From: Okamejei kenojei
Lineage: Eukaryota
DNA: 64,000 nt
Reading direction: 5' to 3'
Assembly: GCA_035221665.1 (NCBI GenBank)
Contig: CM069142.1
Location: forward strand, 7,254,001 to 7,318,000
Position numbers and translations under genes: made by a program. Below are positions 47,835-60,451 of this stretch, one piece after another. Every line of letters begins with the position of its first letter. Within the stretch, counting starts at the first letter, position 1. The notes below the pieces were generated by a model. It saw only the letters and a list, made by a program, of their open reading frames with translations. It searched no databases and had not been told where the DNA came from.

Positions 47835-48218
47835 GAGATGTGGACGATACGTTTCCCATTAGTAACGGTCAATGTGGCGGTTTGCTTGCAGGTCCGAGCT
47901 TGGTAGCCGTTGTCTCCAGAGACGTGGTGCTGCCCTGCACATTCCCACCGGCCCCTCTGCCGGAGATTGTGCTGCACTGGATGTACAGTGTGGGCCAAAG
48001 CACCCAGGTGGTGCACAGCTTTTACCGAGGAGCAGATCAGCTGGCTAACCAGGACCCACACTACAAGGGAAGGACGGGACTCTTCCACAGTGAGATAGCG
48101 AGAGGGAATGCATCGCTCCGTCTGACGGCCGTCAGCATCCGCGACGAGAGATTGTACCGGTGTTACGTCAGTACTTCGAGAGGGAAGGTGGAGACCAACG
48201 TGGACCTGCAAGTGGCTG
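47835..48218 (+). CDS. IgV exon of B7-family protein, HHLA2/B7-H7-like (alternative acceptor at 47892 possible)
   Basis: DVVLPCTF..EIVLHW..VVHSFYRGADQLANQDPHYKGRTGLFHSEIARGNASLRLTAVSIRDERLYRCYVST..NVDLQVA. Phase-1 acceptor gcag| and donor G|GTCAGA. The HW/VHS.Y.G.D.L..QDP.Y..RT.LF..EI..GNASL pattern is typical of HHLA2 and related B7s. Confidence 0.88.
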
Positions 48219-48696
48219 GTCAGAACCTCATTTATATGTCTGTCAGTCCTGTTAGAGTCATCCCGTCACACAGCACGGGAACAGGCCCTTCTGCCCAACA
48301 TGCCCGTGCCGACCAACATGCCCCATTCTACACTAGTCCCACCTGCCCGAGTTTGGCCCATATCCCTCTTAACCTTTCCTATCCATGTACCTGGACAAAT
48401 GTCTGTCAAATGCTGTTATTCAGCCAAGTCGAGTGTTAACAAATCTCATTGTAAGTACTCAACAAAGGATCAAAAAACAAATGCAGAGCAAAGTAAAACT
48501 AAATAAAAAATATGGCAGGAGCTGGAACAGGGGAGGTTCAGTTGGTACCTGTGTAGGAAAGAACTACAGATATTGGTTCATACACTGAAGATAGACACAC
48601 AATTCTGGAGTAACTCAGCGGGACAGGCATCATCTCTGGAGAGAAGGAGTGGCTGACCTTTCGGATCGAGACCCTTCTTCAGACTGAAGTTTTTAA

Positions 48697-51600
48697 TAGT
48701 AAGATTAAACGAGAACTTACCAGTTCAAAGTTTGATCGTTATTTTATGAGGAGTTACGATGAGGGATTACGTGAAGAACCCGCCTCACGCTGGCAAACGG
48801 CATACTTCAAAGCAGCGGCATGAAAAACACAGAACACCAAATAGCCGAAGTAACATAGTAAGGCTCATAAAAGACTTAGAACTACCAGATTGATCATTTA
48901 TTTTATGAGGTGGGGAGTGGAGGGCACGTAATCCCTCATCGTAACTCCTCATAAAATAACGATCAAACTTCGAACTGGTAAGTTCTCGTTTAATCTTACT
49001 ATTTTACTTCGGAGTCACGTGAGTGACTACGTGAAGATTTTAAAGCTTTCTGTGTTTTTATGTCGTAGTATTTAATTAGTACGACAGTCCGGCTAAGTAA
49101 ATACATACATGAGAAACCAGACTAATATTAGTTCTTTCCATAATTAACTTTGTAATGGTTTATAGAACATATAATAACCCTCCTTATATCCGAGGGAATG
49201 ATTACAAGTGGTAAAAGATATAAGTGACTACATAATTGGTTATAGTAATCAATAGTATACAAAGCAGGTGATTATATTGATCCCAACACCGCGTGGCCAA
49301 AGCTTGTCATAGTGTGAACAGGTTTATTGTAGAACTTTGAAAAAGTTTCTTCTTTACTCCACCCTGTGATTTTTTAAAATATGCTCGAGTGGTACGTCCC
49401 GCACCTTCGCCGCGGACGTAGCTGCAGCCCTGGTGGAGTGAGATTTGAACACATCAGTGTCTACTTCTGCTAAAAGCAACACCTGTTTCAACCATTTTGA
49501 GATAGTTTGAACTGAAGCTTTTGTGTGTGGCTTTTTATGCGTAATCATTAACATTTTTTCATTTCCTTGAAGAGTTTTCAGTAACTTTAACATATTGATC
49601 CAAATGTTTAACCACACACAAAGTAGGATCAAATAGGATAAGCTTGAAAGGTTACCTTAGCTCCAGATCTCCCTGGTCTGCTTTGTTTGATCAGATCGTA
49701 AACATAGAACACAATGTTATCTGTAGTCACATGCATACAGTCTAAACGCAACATTTGTAAAGTTTGCACTCTTTGAGCTGAAACCAATGACATTAATATT
49801 ATTAATTTGAATGTTAATCTTTCCAATGACAATCCTTCAATTGGAGTCCACTGTCTAAGTAAGGTAAGTACAATGCTCACATCCCAAATCTCTGTGTATC
49901 TAGGTTTGGGTGGATTAATATTAAAGATTCCTTTCATGAATCTAGATATTAGTGGATGTGATCCAATTGATTTCTGGTCAGACATAAGTCCTAAATAAGA
50001 TGATAAGGCACTGCGTGCAGTGTTAGTGGCACTGTAACTTAAATGTTGCTCAAAATGCAATTTAGCAAGGAGCTCCAATACATTTTCCATGCAATATCAC
50101 AGTATCACAATATCAAACATGCAATATTCACCGTATCATAAGAAATATTTGACTGTGTGCAAAATTCTTCCCATTTCTTAATATGTGTCATATATTGTTT
50201 TTGTGTTTTATCTCGCCATGACGCGACTATAACCTCCATAGTTTTGTCCGACAATCCCAGCTCCTGTAGTGGTCTGGTCAAAACCTGCAGATTAATAAAT
50301 TCATATATGCATATAATGCATACATTTCTTTGGTTACTGGATTAATCAAAATATCACTACAGTTAGGAATTGACATATATGGTTCTTTAATCATATTCAG
50401 CATTAATGGGAACCAAGGTTGTGTTGGCCAATTTGGAACTACCAACAATCCTGTGGCAGAATCTTGTTCTATTTCCTTCAGACATTGCTGAACCAAAGCA
50501 AAAGGTGGAAAAGCATAAAAGAACATATTCCCCCAGTTCAATGAAAAAGCATCTACTGCTACTGCATCTGGATCGTGTTCCCAAGACACATATTTAGGCA
50601 ATTGATGATTAAGCCTTGATGCAAACAAATCAATTTCTGGTAAACCAAATTGAGTTACAATATTCTTAAATATTGCTGGATTAAGCATCCATTCTGTGTT
50701 ATCTTTAAATATCCTTGATCTTTTATCTGCCACCACATTGTCTTTACCTGGAATGTAGTTTTGCTGAAATCCAAATTTGGCGATCAATACACCATTGCCA
50801 TATTTCATTGACCAGACAATCACATGATACTGATCTGACTCCCCCCATGTGATTAATATATGCAACAGCCGTTTTATTGTCTAACTGTATTAATACATGT
50901 AGACCCTTTTTTGAACTGCAATATGCTTTTAGACCATAGAAAGCACCCAATAACTCTAAATAGTTAATACCATAAGTTTGAAGAAACGTTTCTTCTTGGA
51001 CTTTCCATCTACCTCCACAACTGGAGGATGAATCTGTTACCCCCCTCCCCCCCCCCCCCCCCCCCCCAAAAGCTTCTTTTGTTAATTGCATAGGCCTATC
51101 AAAGTGGCCTGCCCTCTCTTTGAGAGCTCTTATTTTGTCCCTTTGAAGATTTTGATAATGTAATGGACCAAATTCTACTGCAGGAAATGCTGCTACTAGT
51201 TTACCAATAGTTTTCGCTACTTCTCGGATGGAAGGATAAGTTTGTGAATGAGATTATTACAAGTCACCAAAAAATCATCAACTTTATCTTTGTTGGTAAA
51301 GTATTAACATAGTCTCTGAGTTAATTACAAACTCCAAATAGTTAATTGATTGTGCTGGCTGCAGCTGGGATTTAATTGGATGAATCAAGAACCCTAGCTT
51401 TAACAAAGCTTTGTACTGAAACTAATTCTCAGCTGACTCTTGATTGCCATAAATGATTAGAATGTCATCGAGATAAGCCATAACGATGTGTTTTTGTACT
51501 CTTAATTGGGCTAAAACTGGTTTCAACAGTTTAGTAAAGAGCCTGGGAGCTGAACTCAATCCATTTGGCAAAGCTTTAAACTGCCATAATTGTCCCAGCC

Positions 51601-53555
51601 AATTAAATTTTAAGTACCTCCAGAAACTGATGTATTGGTACAGAATAATAGGCGTTTTTCAAATCAATCGTAGCCATATAACAACCTGCTGATATTAAAT
51701 ATCTTGCAGTATTAAATGTTTCCATTTAAAAGTTTGTATTCTACCACTTATTTAGATCTGTAAGGTCCAGAATAATTCTGCAATCACCATCTTTTTATGT
51801 CTTTTGAAATATCTTAGACACAATTGATGCTCGTGTTTATAAGTTTTTTCAATAACCCCTTTTCAGATAATTTGTCAATTTCCACATTAATCTCTGCTTT
51901 TCCAATTGCAGTAAACACGAAAGCATAGGCAGGTTTATCTGTACTGGAGGATTAACCCCTTCTTTAAATGTAATAGTGGCTCCTGAAACTGCTTGTAAAA
52001 ATAAACCGATCAGAAGTAATAGTAAGCCAGTCTTTATAAAACTTTTGTAATCTCCCTCCAACTGGAGATTAATCCGCAGTTTCTTTAAGGATAGAACAAG
52101 TCTTTAATACCTCTCCATATGAGCGTGGTGGTCTCCTTTTCCCCGAATACGGGTAAGTATTGGGCTGTGCAGTACGATAATATTTCCTTGACATATTTCT
52201 GCCTCTATTTCCAAAATCAAATCCCCTTCTGGGCGAAAAATACCTTTTTTTTTTTTTTTTTTTTTTGGTCCTAAGACGAAGGTTTCATGCAGCTAAAATT
52301 TTTAGCTTTCTTCATCCAATTTTTTAATAATTTAGGCAAATTTACTCCAAACAGATAACCAGGAGCTTGAACACCACTTGCTCAACACAGGCTTGCAAAC
52401 CTTGGGTGAAATATGGGCCGAATAGCCATTTTCCTCATACAATAATTTCATAGAAAGAATTGCACAATAGGCCCTCTTTTTTAAACTTATCCATCTCCCC
52501 AGAAGCCATAATGGCAGCAGAATAATTTGTGAGGATTTTTGAACCTCACTTCTTGAGCTCTCATATTTGGGGTCATGGATGCCCATATCAACGGATAAAC
52601 CGTAGGCACTTCCAATGAGGCACAATTTCCTGTGCGTTTATAATTCTGATGTTTCAATCATCACAGAATCATGAAGTTGGTGAGATACCATATATTAATG
52701 TTGGCAGCTAGGTTTTCTTCCATAGCCTCACCACTTCCTTCATATATAGCAAATTCTTTTGCTATCCCAGGCACATTTGGCCTTTCTTTTATTTTGTGGT
52801 GTGTTTTTTAAATGCAAATCACCATCAGCAGGGTCTGCCTTCTGCAGCCCTAAATCAATTGGGATTTCATCCCATGAGACTTCCTTCGGCCCAAATCCTG
52901 GGTCCGGAGTTCCAACTCCCAATTAGGCCCACAGCCATATTTAGAATAATTAAACCCCTCAGGGCTTTTTTGGGAACCTTCTGGGTACTGTGACCCTAGT
53001 CTCATAATTTTTTGGAGAACTTTCTCCATATGCTCCATTATTAGTTCCACATAGTTTAATTATCTGGAGGACTTTCAGTATCAGAGTCATCAGAACCACG
53101 GGCCTCTCAGATTTCTTTTACATTTTTAGGAGCATTTCTCTCCGTGGTTATAACTTCTGGAGAATCTAGAACTCGCTAACGGGTATATCAGCGGCCACCG
53201 GTATCGGAACCGGATCCGCACTAGCTTTTTTCCCGTATTTTTATTTTCACCCCGGGAAGCTCTTTTTACCCGCGAATTTTCTTTGCCGATTTCTCCATTT
53301 CTTTCATAATCTGTGCTAAACAGCACTTTAACGTGACTCTGACTTTTATTTTACTTTACTTTTACTGCTGGACCCACCCAGCGTACTCTAACGAACGTCC
53401 CGACTTTGCCCCACTTACCTGCGGGTCCGTTCCGACCGCTGCGAGGAGCTGCTCCTTACTGCAGCTCCTCCTTCCGCCGTCAGCGTCGACGTAATGCCGT
53501 TTGCCAGCGCCAGGCGGGCTCTTCACGTAGTCACTCACGTGACTCCGAAGTAAAA
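48697..53555 (-). mobile_element. DIRS1-like retrotransposon, second family, ORFs disrupted
   Basis: YR (HSTRAAA) 49354-50090; MT-like (DLFAS..FPPF) 50278-50865; RNase H 50744-51091; RT remnants. Same termini as the first DIRS; ICR ~48925-49037. Confidence 0.95.
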
Positions 53556-55073
53556 TTGAAATTTGGGAAACAAGCAGTATTTTAAATATTTCCAAATCTG
53601 TGACTATCTGAAAAAATATGCACAAGACTATCACAATATGCCTCCAGACTTACTGGAAGAAGTAATGAATACAAAGGCAGAATCAGCAAACCTAATATCA
53701 TATATATATAATATTATTCTAAATGCAGAAATACCAACAACAGAAGGTATCAGGAGAGACTGGGAAAAATAATTAAGTATAAACATTCCCAAAGAAAGGT
53801 GGGAAGAATATTTATTAAATGTGCATAAATGTTCAATTAATGTAAGACACACCTTAATACAATTTAAAATCTTACACATATTATACTATTCAAAAACTAA
53901 AATACATGCAAGAGTACATCAAAAAAGTACCGGTGTCGGGTCTTGGTAAAGGGGGAAGAAAAACTGTCGAGTTGGTAGATTCCTTTTGCGAGATGTTTAT
54001 AATAAAGTAGGGGGTACACAAAAAGCTGGAGAAACTCAGCGGGTGCAGCAGCATCTAAGGAGCGAAGGAGATAGGCGACGTTTCGGGTCGAGACCCTTCT
54101 TCAGACTGGTAACTGGCTTTTCTTTTTTCCTTCTCTTTCTTTCCTTTTTTTTCTCCTCTTCAGGGTCTATCTTTTAATCTCCTTTCTCTAACTCTTTGCC
54201 AAAGGGTTCCCTTTCCCTCTGCCACGCTTTTTCACTTTCACAACTCTTTTTCACTCTTCTACTTTCTCTGTTGATATTTATTTCTCTTTTCTTTCTTTTC
54301 TAAAGCCTTAAAAAATTAAGGGGTACAATGATTGTAATACTATATAAGGGATGTACACTGATGTAACTTACTGTACCTCTAATAAATAATGATATACAAA
54401 AAAATATAAAAAATAAAATATCGACAAGGTCACCAATCCTAATGCCTGGTTATGCGGCAAAGAAAATGACCAGTCTCTTTGCTGAGTAATAAAAGGAGTA
54501 ATAATCCCCCGTTTAATAAAAGTCGAGAAGACAGAGAATACACAGTTAATTTCTACATAGATAACCAATACATTTTCAAAGAGCAAACAGATAATAACTT
54601 TGTCCCAGGCTCAATGCCAATACAGCTGCAACTTCTTAAAGAGACACTCCTTGTAACGCATCAGACTCTACAAAGATTTATCACGTAAATGAGCAAGCTT
54701 ATTCAATGACATCCTATTTCATCTTAATTATAGGATTAATTCAACATTCACCGAGAACCGGTTCCACAGAGAAGTAACAGTCTTTAAACTCACTCACTCT
54801 ACACCCTGTTTCTACCATTCACTCACAAATTTCCACACCCAATGCGATATGCTAAATCTCAAATATTCACACACGTTAAAGCAATAGAATTCTCACTCAA
54901 GAGTAAAACAGTTATGTACTCCTCAGGGAAATCATGCAAAACTCTTAGACTTTGAAATATATCTGCTGTACGGGCAATAATGTCAGTTGGGACATTCATA
55001 GACCCCGGGACTTTGTTGTGGCCACTTGTATGGGCATTGCATTTAATAATGGCCAGTTGGACTGGAAGAGTTG

Positions 55074-55628
55074 AGGGCCTGTCCTACCAGCATCCGACTC
55101 CATGCGGTGAGCGCGACCAAACTGGAATCGGGGGCCGCGCGGAGGTCGAGTGATCCCTGTACAGGGCCGATCCCACCAGCATCCGCCTGCATGCGGCGAG
55201 CGCGACCAAACCGGCAGCGGGGGCCGCACGGAGGTCGGGTGAATGGCGCGAAGTGAGGCGAAGTGGCAGCGAATTCCGCAAGGTAAGTTCTCAAGGATAG
55301 AGAGGGACACACAGAGAGGGGCATGGAGGCACACAGAGAGAGGGCCACGGAGGCACACACAGAGAGGGTCATGGAGGCACATATAGAGAGGGTCACGGAG
55401 GCCGTGCGTAATGCGTCGAGGCGACTGCGGGCCGACAGGCCGTTGCCGCACGGAATTTTTGAACAGGGTCAGTTTTTCGGAGCCCCGCGCGATGTCGGGA
55501 CCAGCTCTGCACAACTCCGCATGGCTCCAGCGATCGAAGTGGGACCAGCCCCGCAAGGCCGGACGGCTCAAGCGACCACATTAGGTCGCGCTCACCGCTT
55601 GGAGTCGCATGCTGGTAGGACAGGCCCT
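55074..55628. mobile_element. MITE, duplicate of 31549-32103
   Basis: Same TIRs and flanks. Confidence 0.85.
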
Positions 55629-57000
55629 TTAAGGCATGCAGTAGCTGGTGCAGTAGCAAGCGCTGTTTTAAAGTTGCGAAAGTCTTCTTGTTGGGAGTGA
55701 GAGAGTTAGAGAGAATTGCTGTGACATATTTGAGAAAGAATAGCTGTTGTGCCCTGGTGGAGGCACCAATGTATCCACTGTCGGTAGAAATTAACCAAGC
55801 CCAGAAATGGGATTGGTCCGATTCCCTATCATATAGGGTCTTGCCACACCTCACACTTGCTGATTACTCAGACTCTCCCCGCTCTCTCCACCAGGAAGAG
55901 GAGCTCTGTGTTTCAAACAGGTCAGAGTCTTTTGTTTCAAATTTGTTTTAAACTGTACTGACTGTTGGCTGCAAAATGTTAAAGTTCTTGGGGCCAGAGT
56001 GAGCAGCCTGGATTCTTGCGGGATAGTTAAGATACAGTGTCTCGAAAGTTACCAGCTTGACATCCTGATTTATCTTTTCAATCTTCTTATTTTTCTGCTG
56101 TTTCTCTTTCTTGGTGCTCTGTGTGGTTTAACTCTCTCACTGCTCTACCTCTTCTGCCTTAAGCCTTCTCCCTTCTTCTTCCTCATCTTCCTTATCAGTT
56201 CTTCCTTCTTCTGATGGTGCCCTTCCCTGTAGACGTACTGGAACATTTCCTCTTCACGGGATCTGAGTGTCGTAGCTCCTGCTGTTAGTGACCGGGTGGC
56301 CAGGGCATGGGGGACGTATTCTACACTATTTCCAATTATTTCTCCCTCCGAATTTGTTCCTCATCCCCCCTCTCTCTGTAAACAAAGTCATTATATCAGA
56401 CAAGGCAGCAATGTTACAAACTTTTGAGATTTAAAAAATCAAGTCTGCAATTTATCCCATCAGATAGAGCATGAAAAGAAGTTTGATTTGACACCTAATT
56501 CACTTTCATATCTTCAGTATTAAAAAAAGTTATGGCCATTTTCATACTCGGAAATTAGCATCTTGTTCTCTATTGCTTTGCCATTGACTTAACACAAAAG
56601 CTGTGATCGAGGACAGTCAAAAGCCCATAACTTTCTAAAAAATTAAGAGAACTGAATTAAATTTTCAGTTATTATAGATTGAAACACTCTGAAACAAATA
56701 TAAAACATCTTACTTGGATGACCTGAAATTAAAGCATATAATTAGTTAATTACCTAATTATGGCTAATTTTAAAAATGACCGTTACATAGAAACATAGAA
56801 ACAGAGAAAATAGGTGCAGGAGGAGGCCATTTTGCCCTTTGAGCCAGCATCGCCATTCATTGTGATCATGGCTGATCGTCTGCTATCAATAACCCGTGCC
56901 AGCCTTCTCCCCATATCCCTTGTGACGGAAATAGTAATAAACACCCAGACTACCTTGAAAATTCAAAAATGTGATATTCTCAAGATCAGAACTTTAATAT

Positions 57001-60000
57001 CCGATATACTTTTATATATTACAAACTCACAAACGAGTATACCAAACTTATTTTATGCCTTTATTAAATAAACTCAACGTCTCGATTAAATTCTGGAAAA
57101 CACTTCCGTTATCATTAATAGGCAGAATAAATGCTATAAAAATGATCTTTTTACAACAAATATTATATCTATTTCAATCTATACCATTATATATACCAAA
57201 AAACCTCTTAAAAAAATTAGACACTAATATTACCAATTTTATCTGGGATTATAGATCACATAGAATCCAAAGAAAACATCTGTGCAAACCAAAAGATATT
57301 GGGGGACTTTCACTTCTGAACTTTTTGTATTATTATTGGGCAGTGCATATTAAGAATATAATTTACTGGTTGGACAGTTCTACCCAACAGACAGAATGGA
57401 TAAGAATGGAGAAAGAGGACTGTTCTCCTTGTAATATAGGAGCGATCCTCTTCTCCCTGATAAAACTGAACAACACAATATATAAGAATAACCCAATTAT
57501 ACATGATACAATAAGAATTTGGAAACAAATAAAATTATCCTTAAAATTAAGAAACCTATCATTGTTAATGCCAATAGTGAATAATCCTTCATTTAAACCA
57601 TCTCTTATTGATAAAACATATAATCAATGGAAAGAATGGGAATTAAAAGGATCGGGGATATGTATGAAATGGGAAATCTGTTATCATTCCAACAACTTAC
57701 AATTAAAATTTAAACTGAAAAATAACCAATATTTTAAATATCTTCAGATCTGTGACTTCATGAAGAAATACATACAAGGATATCAAAACATAACTTCAGA
57801 GCCATTGGAAGAAGCAAAGAACATTAAGGCTGACACAGAAATTAATATCATATTTATATAATAGTATTTTAAATATAGATTTACCATCAACAGAGACACT
57901 TAGAGAAGAGTGGGAATGAGAATTAATGATAAAAATTAAGAAGGAAACATAGGAAAAGTATTTGATATATATACACAAATGTTCGATTAATGTAAGACAT
58001 AATTTAATTCAATTTAAAATTTTACATAGATTATATTACTCAAAAACTAGACTGAATAAATTCTATCCAAATACTTCCCCCATTTGTGATAAATGTCTAT
58101 CCCAAAACGCAACTATAACACACTCTTTTGTCTCCCGCATAAAACTTGATAAATTCTGGAGTGATATTTTTGAAATGTTTACAAAATTATTTAAGATTTT
58201 AAAATGGAACCTAATACTGAAATGATTATATTTGGAGTAATGGAAGATGGGAATAAACTGAACTCATCTCAAAATTTATTTTTTAATTATGGGTTAATAA
58301 CGGCAAAAAAACTTATACTTAACTTTTGGAAAAATACAACCATACCGATGCTTAAAAATGTGGATTTCAAGCATGTTGGACACTGCACAACTTGAGGAAA
58401 TGCGATTCCTCCTAATAGAGAAATCAAACCAATTTTTAACGAGTTGGTCTCCATTTGTCGATTTTTTGGAAGCATATGGTGCAACAAAACCGTAGAAGCT
58501 AACTGTTTCAGGATTGGGTGAGGGATGGTCAAGAATATAGATAACGATCCCCTTAATCTCTTACTTTTACCCTTCTTCTCTTTTTTTTTTTCATTCTCAA
58601 CTTTCTTTTTTCACACTTTTTTCTTTCTCACACACTATATATCACACATTTCTCTATCTTTTATTTTCTCCTCTCTCTTTTTCTTTTTCATTATTAAAAA
58701 AATTAAAAAATAAGAAGCTGTACATAAAATGTAATATGTCAATATAAAGTGGCTTGCAAAAGTATTCATACCCCTTGAACTTTTCCACATTTTGTCACGT
58801 TACAACCACAAACATAAATGTATTTTATCGGGATTGTATGTGATAGACCAACACAAAGTGGTGCATAGTTATGAAGTGGAAGGAAAAAGATACATGGTTT
58901 CCAAATTTTATTACAAATAAAAAACTGAAAAATGTGATGTGCAAAAGTATTCAGCCCCCCTGAGTCAATACTTTGTAGAACCATCTTTCGCTGCAATTAC
59001 AGCTGCAAGTCTTTTGGGGTATGTCTCTACCAGCTTTGCACATCTCGAGTCTGAAATTTTTTGCCCATTCTTCTTTGCAAAATAGCTCAAACTCAGTCAG
59101 ATTGGGTGGAGAGCGTCTGTGAACAGCAATTGTCAAGTCTTGCCAGAGATTCTTAATTGGATTTAGGTCTGGACTTTGACTGGGCCATTGTAACACATGA
59201 ATATTCTTTGATATAATCCATTCAATTGTAGCTCTGGCTGTATGTTTAGGGTCATTGTCGTGCTGGAAGGTGAACCTCACCCCCAGTCTCAAATCTTTTG
59301 CAGACTCTAACAGGTTTTCTTCCAAATTTGCCCTGTATTTGCCTCCATCCATCTTCCCATCAACTCTGACCAACTTCCCTGTCCCTGCTGAAGAAAAGCA
59401 TCCCCACAGCGTGATGCTGCCACCACCATGTTTCACAATGGGGATGGTGTGTTCAGGGTGATGTGAAGTGTTAGTTTTCCGCCACACATAGCGTTTTGCA
59501 TTTAGGCCAAAAACTTCAATTTTGGTCTCATCAGAACAGAGCACCTTCCTCCACGTGTTTGCTGTGTCCCCCACATGGCTTGTGGCAAATTGCAAACGGG
59601 ACATTTTATGGCTTTGTTTCAACAATGGCTTTCTTCTTGCCACTCTTCCATAAAGGCCCAATTTGTGGAGTGCACGACTAATAGTTGTCCTGTGGACAGA
59701 TCCTCCCAACTGAGCTGTGGATCTCTGCAGCTCCTCCAGAGTTACCATGAGCCTCTTGGCTGCTTCTCTGATCAATGCTCTCCTTGCCCGACCTGTCAGT
59801 TTGGGTGGACGGCCATGTCTTGGTAGGTTAGCAGTTGTGCCATACTCTTTCCATTTTCGGATGATGGATTGTACAGTGCTCCGTGAGATGTTCAAAGCTT
59901 GGGATATTTTTTTATAACCTAACCCTGCTTTAAACCTCTCCACAACTTTATCCCTGACCTGTCTGGTGTGTTCCTTGGGCTTCATGATGCCCAAGGAACA

Positions 60001-60451
60001 TTGTTTGTTCAGTAATGTTCTCTAACAAACCTCTGAGGCCTTCACTGAACAGCTGTATTTATACTGAGATTAGATTACACACAAGTGGACTCTATTTACT
60101 AATTAGGTGACTTCTGAAGGCAATTGGTTGCACTGGATTTTATTTAGGGGTATCAGAGTAAAGGGGGCTGAATACTTTTGCACGCCACACTTTTCAGTTT
60201 TTTTATTTGTAAAAAAATTTGCAAAGCATGTATCATTTTCCTTCCACTTCACAATTATGTGCCACTTTCTGTTGGTCTATCACTTAAAATCCCAATAAAA
60301 TACATTTACGTTTTGTGGTTGTAACGTGACAAAATGTGGAAAGGTTCAAGGGTATGAATACTTTTGCAAGCCACTGTATATTAGGTACCTTGGTGCCATA
60401 TTGCTGTACTTACTTCTAATAAAATAAAATAATAAATAAAATAAAAAAAAT
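57001..60451 (+). mobile_element. L1 fragment, duplicate of 38242-41631
   Basis: Same TSD AACTTTAATAT and same ORF2 fragments. Confidence 0.9.
58747..60376 (-). mobile_element. Tc1 transposon, duplicate; transposase 58951-59994 with C-terminal frameshift
   Basis: Same TIRs and TA flanks; shares the PIKNLW change; an extra T near 59060 shifts the C-terminus. Confidence 0.94.
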
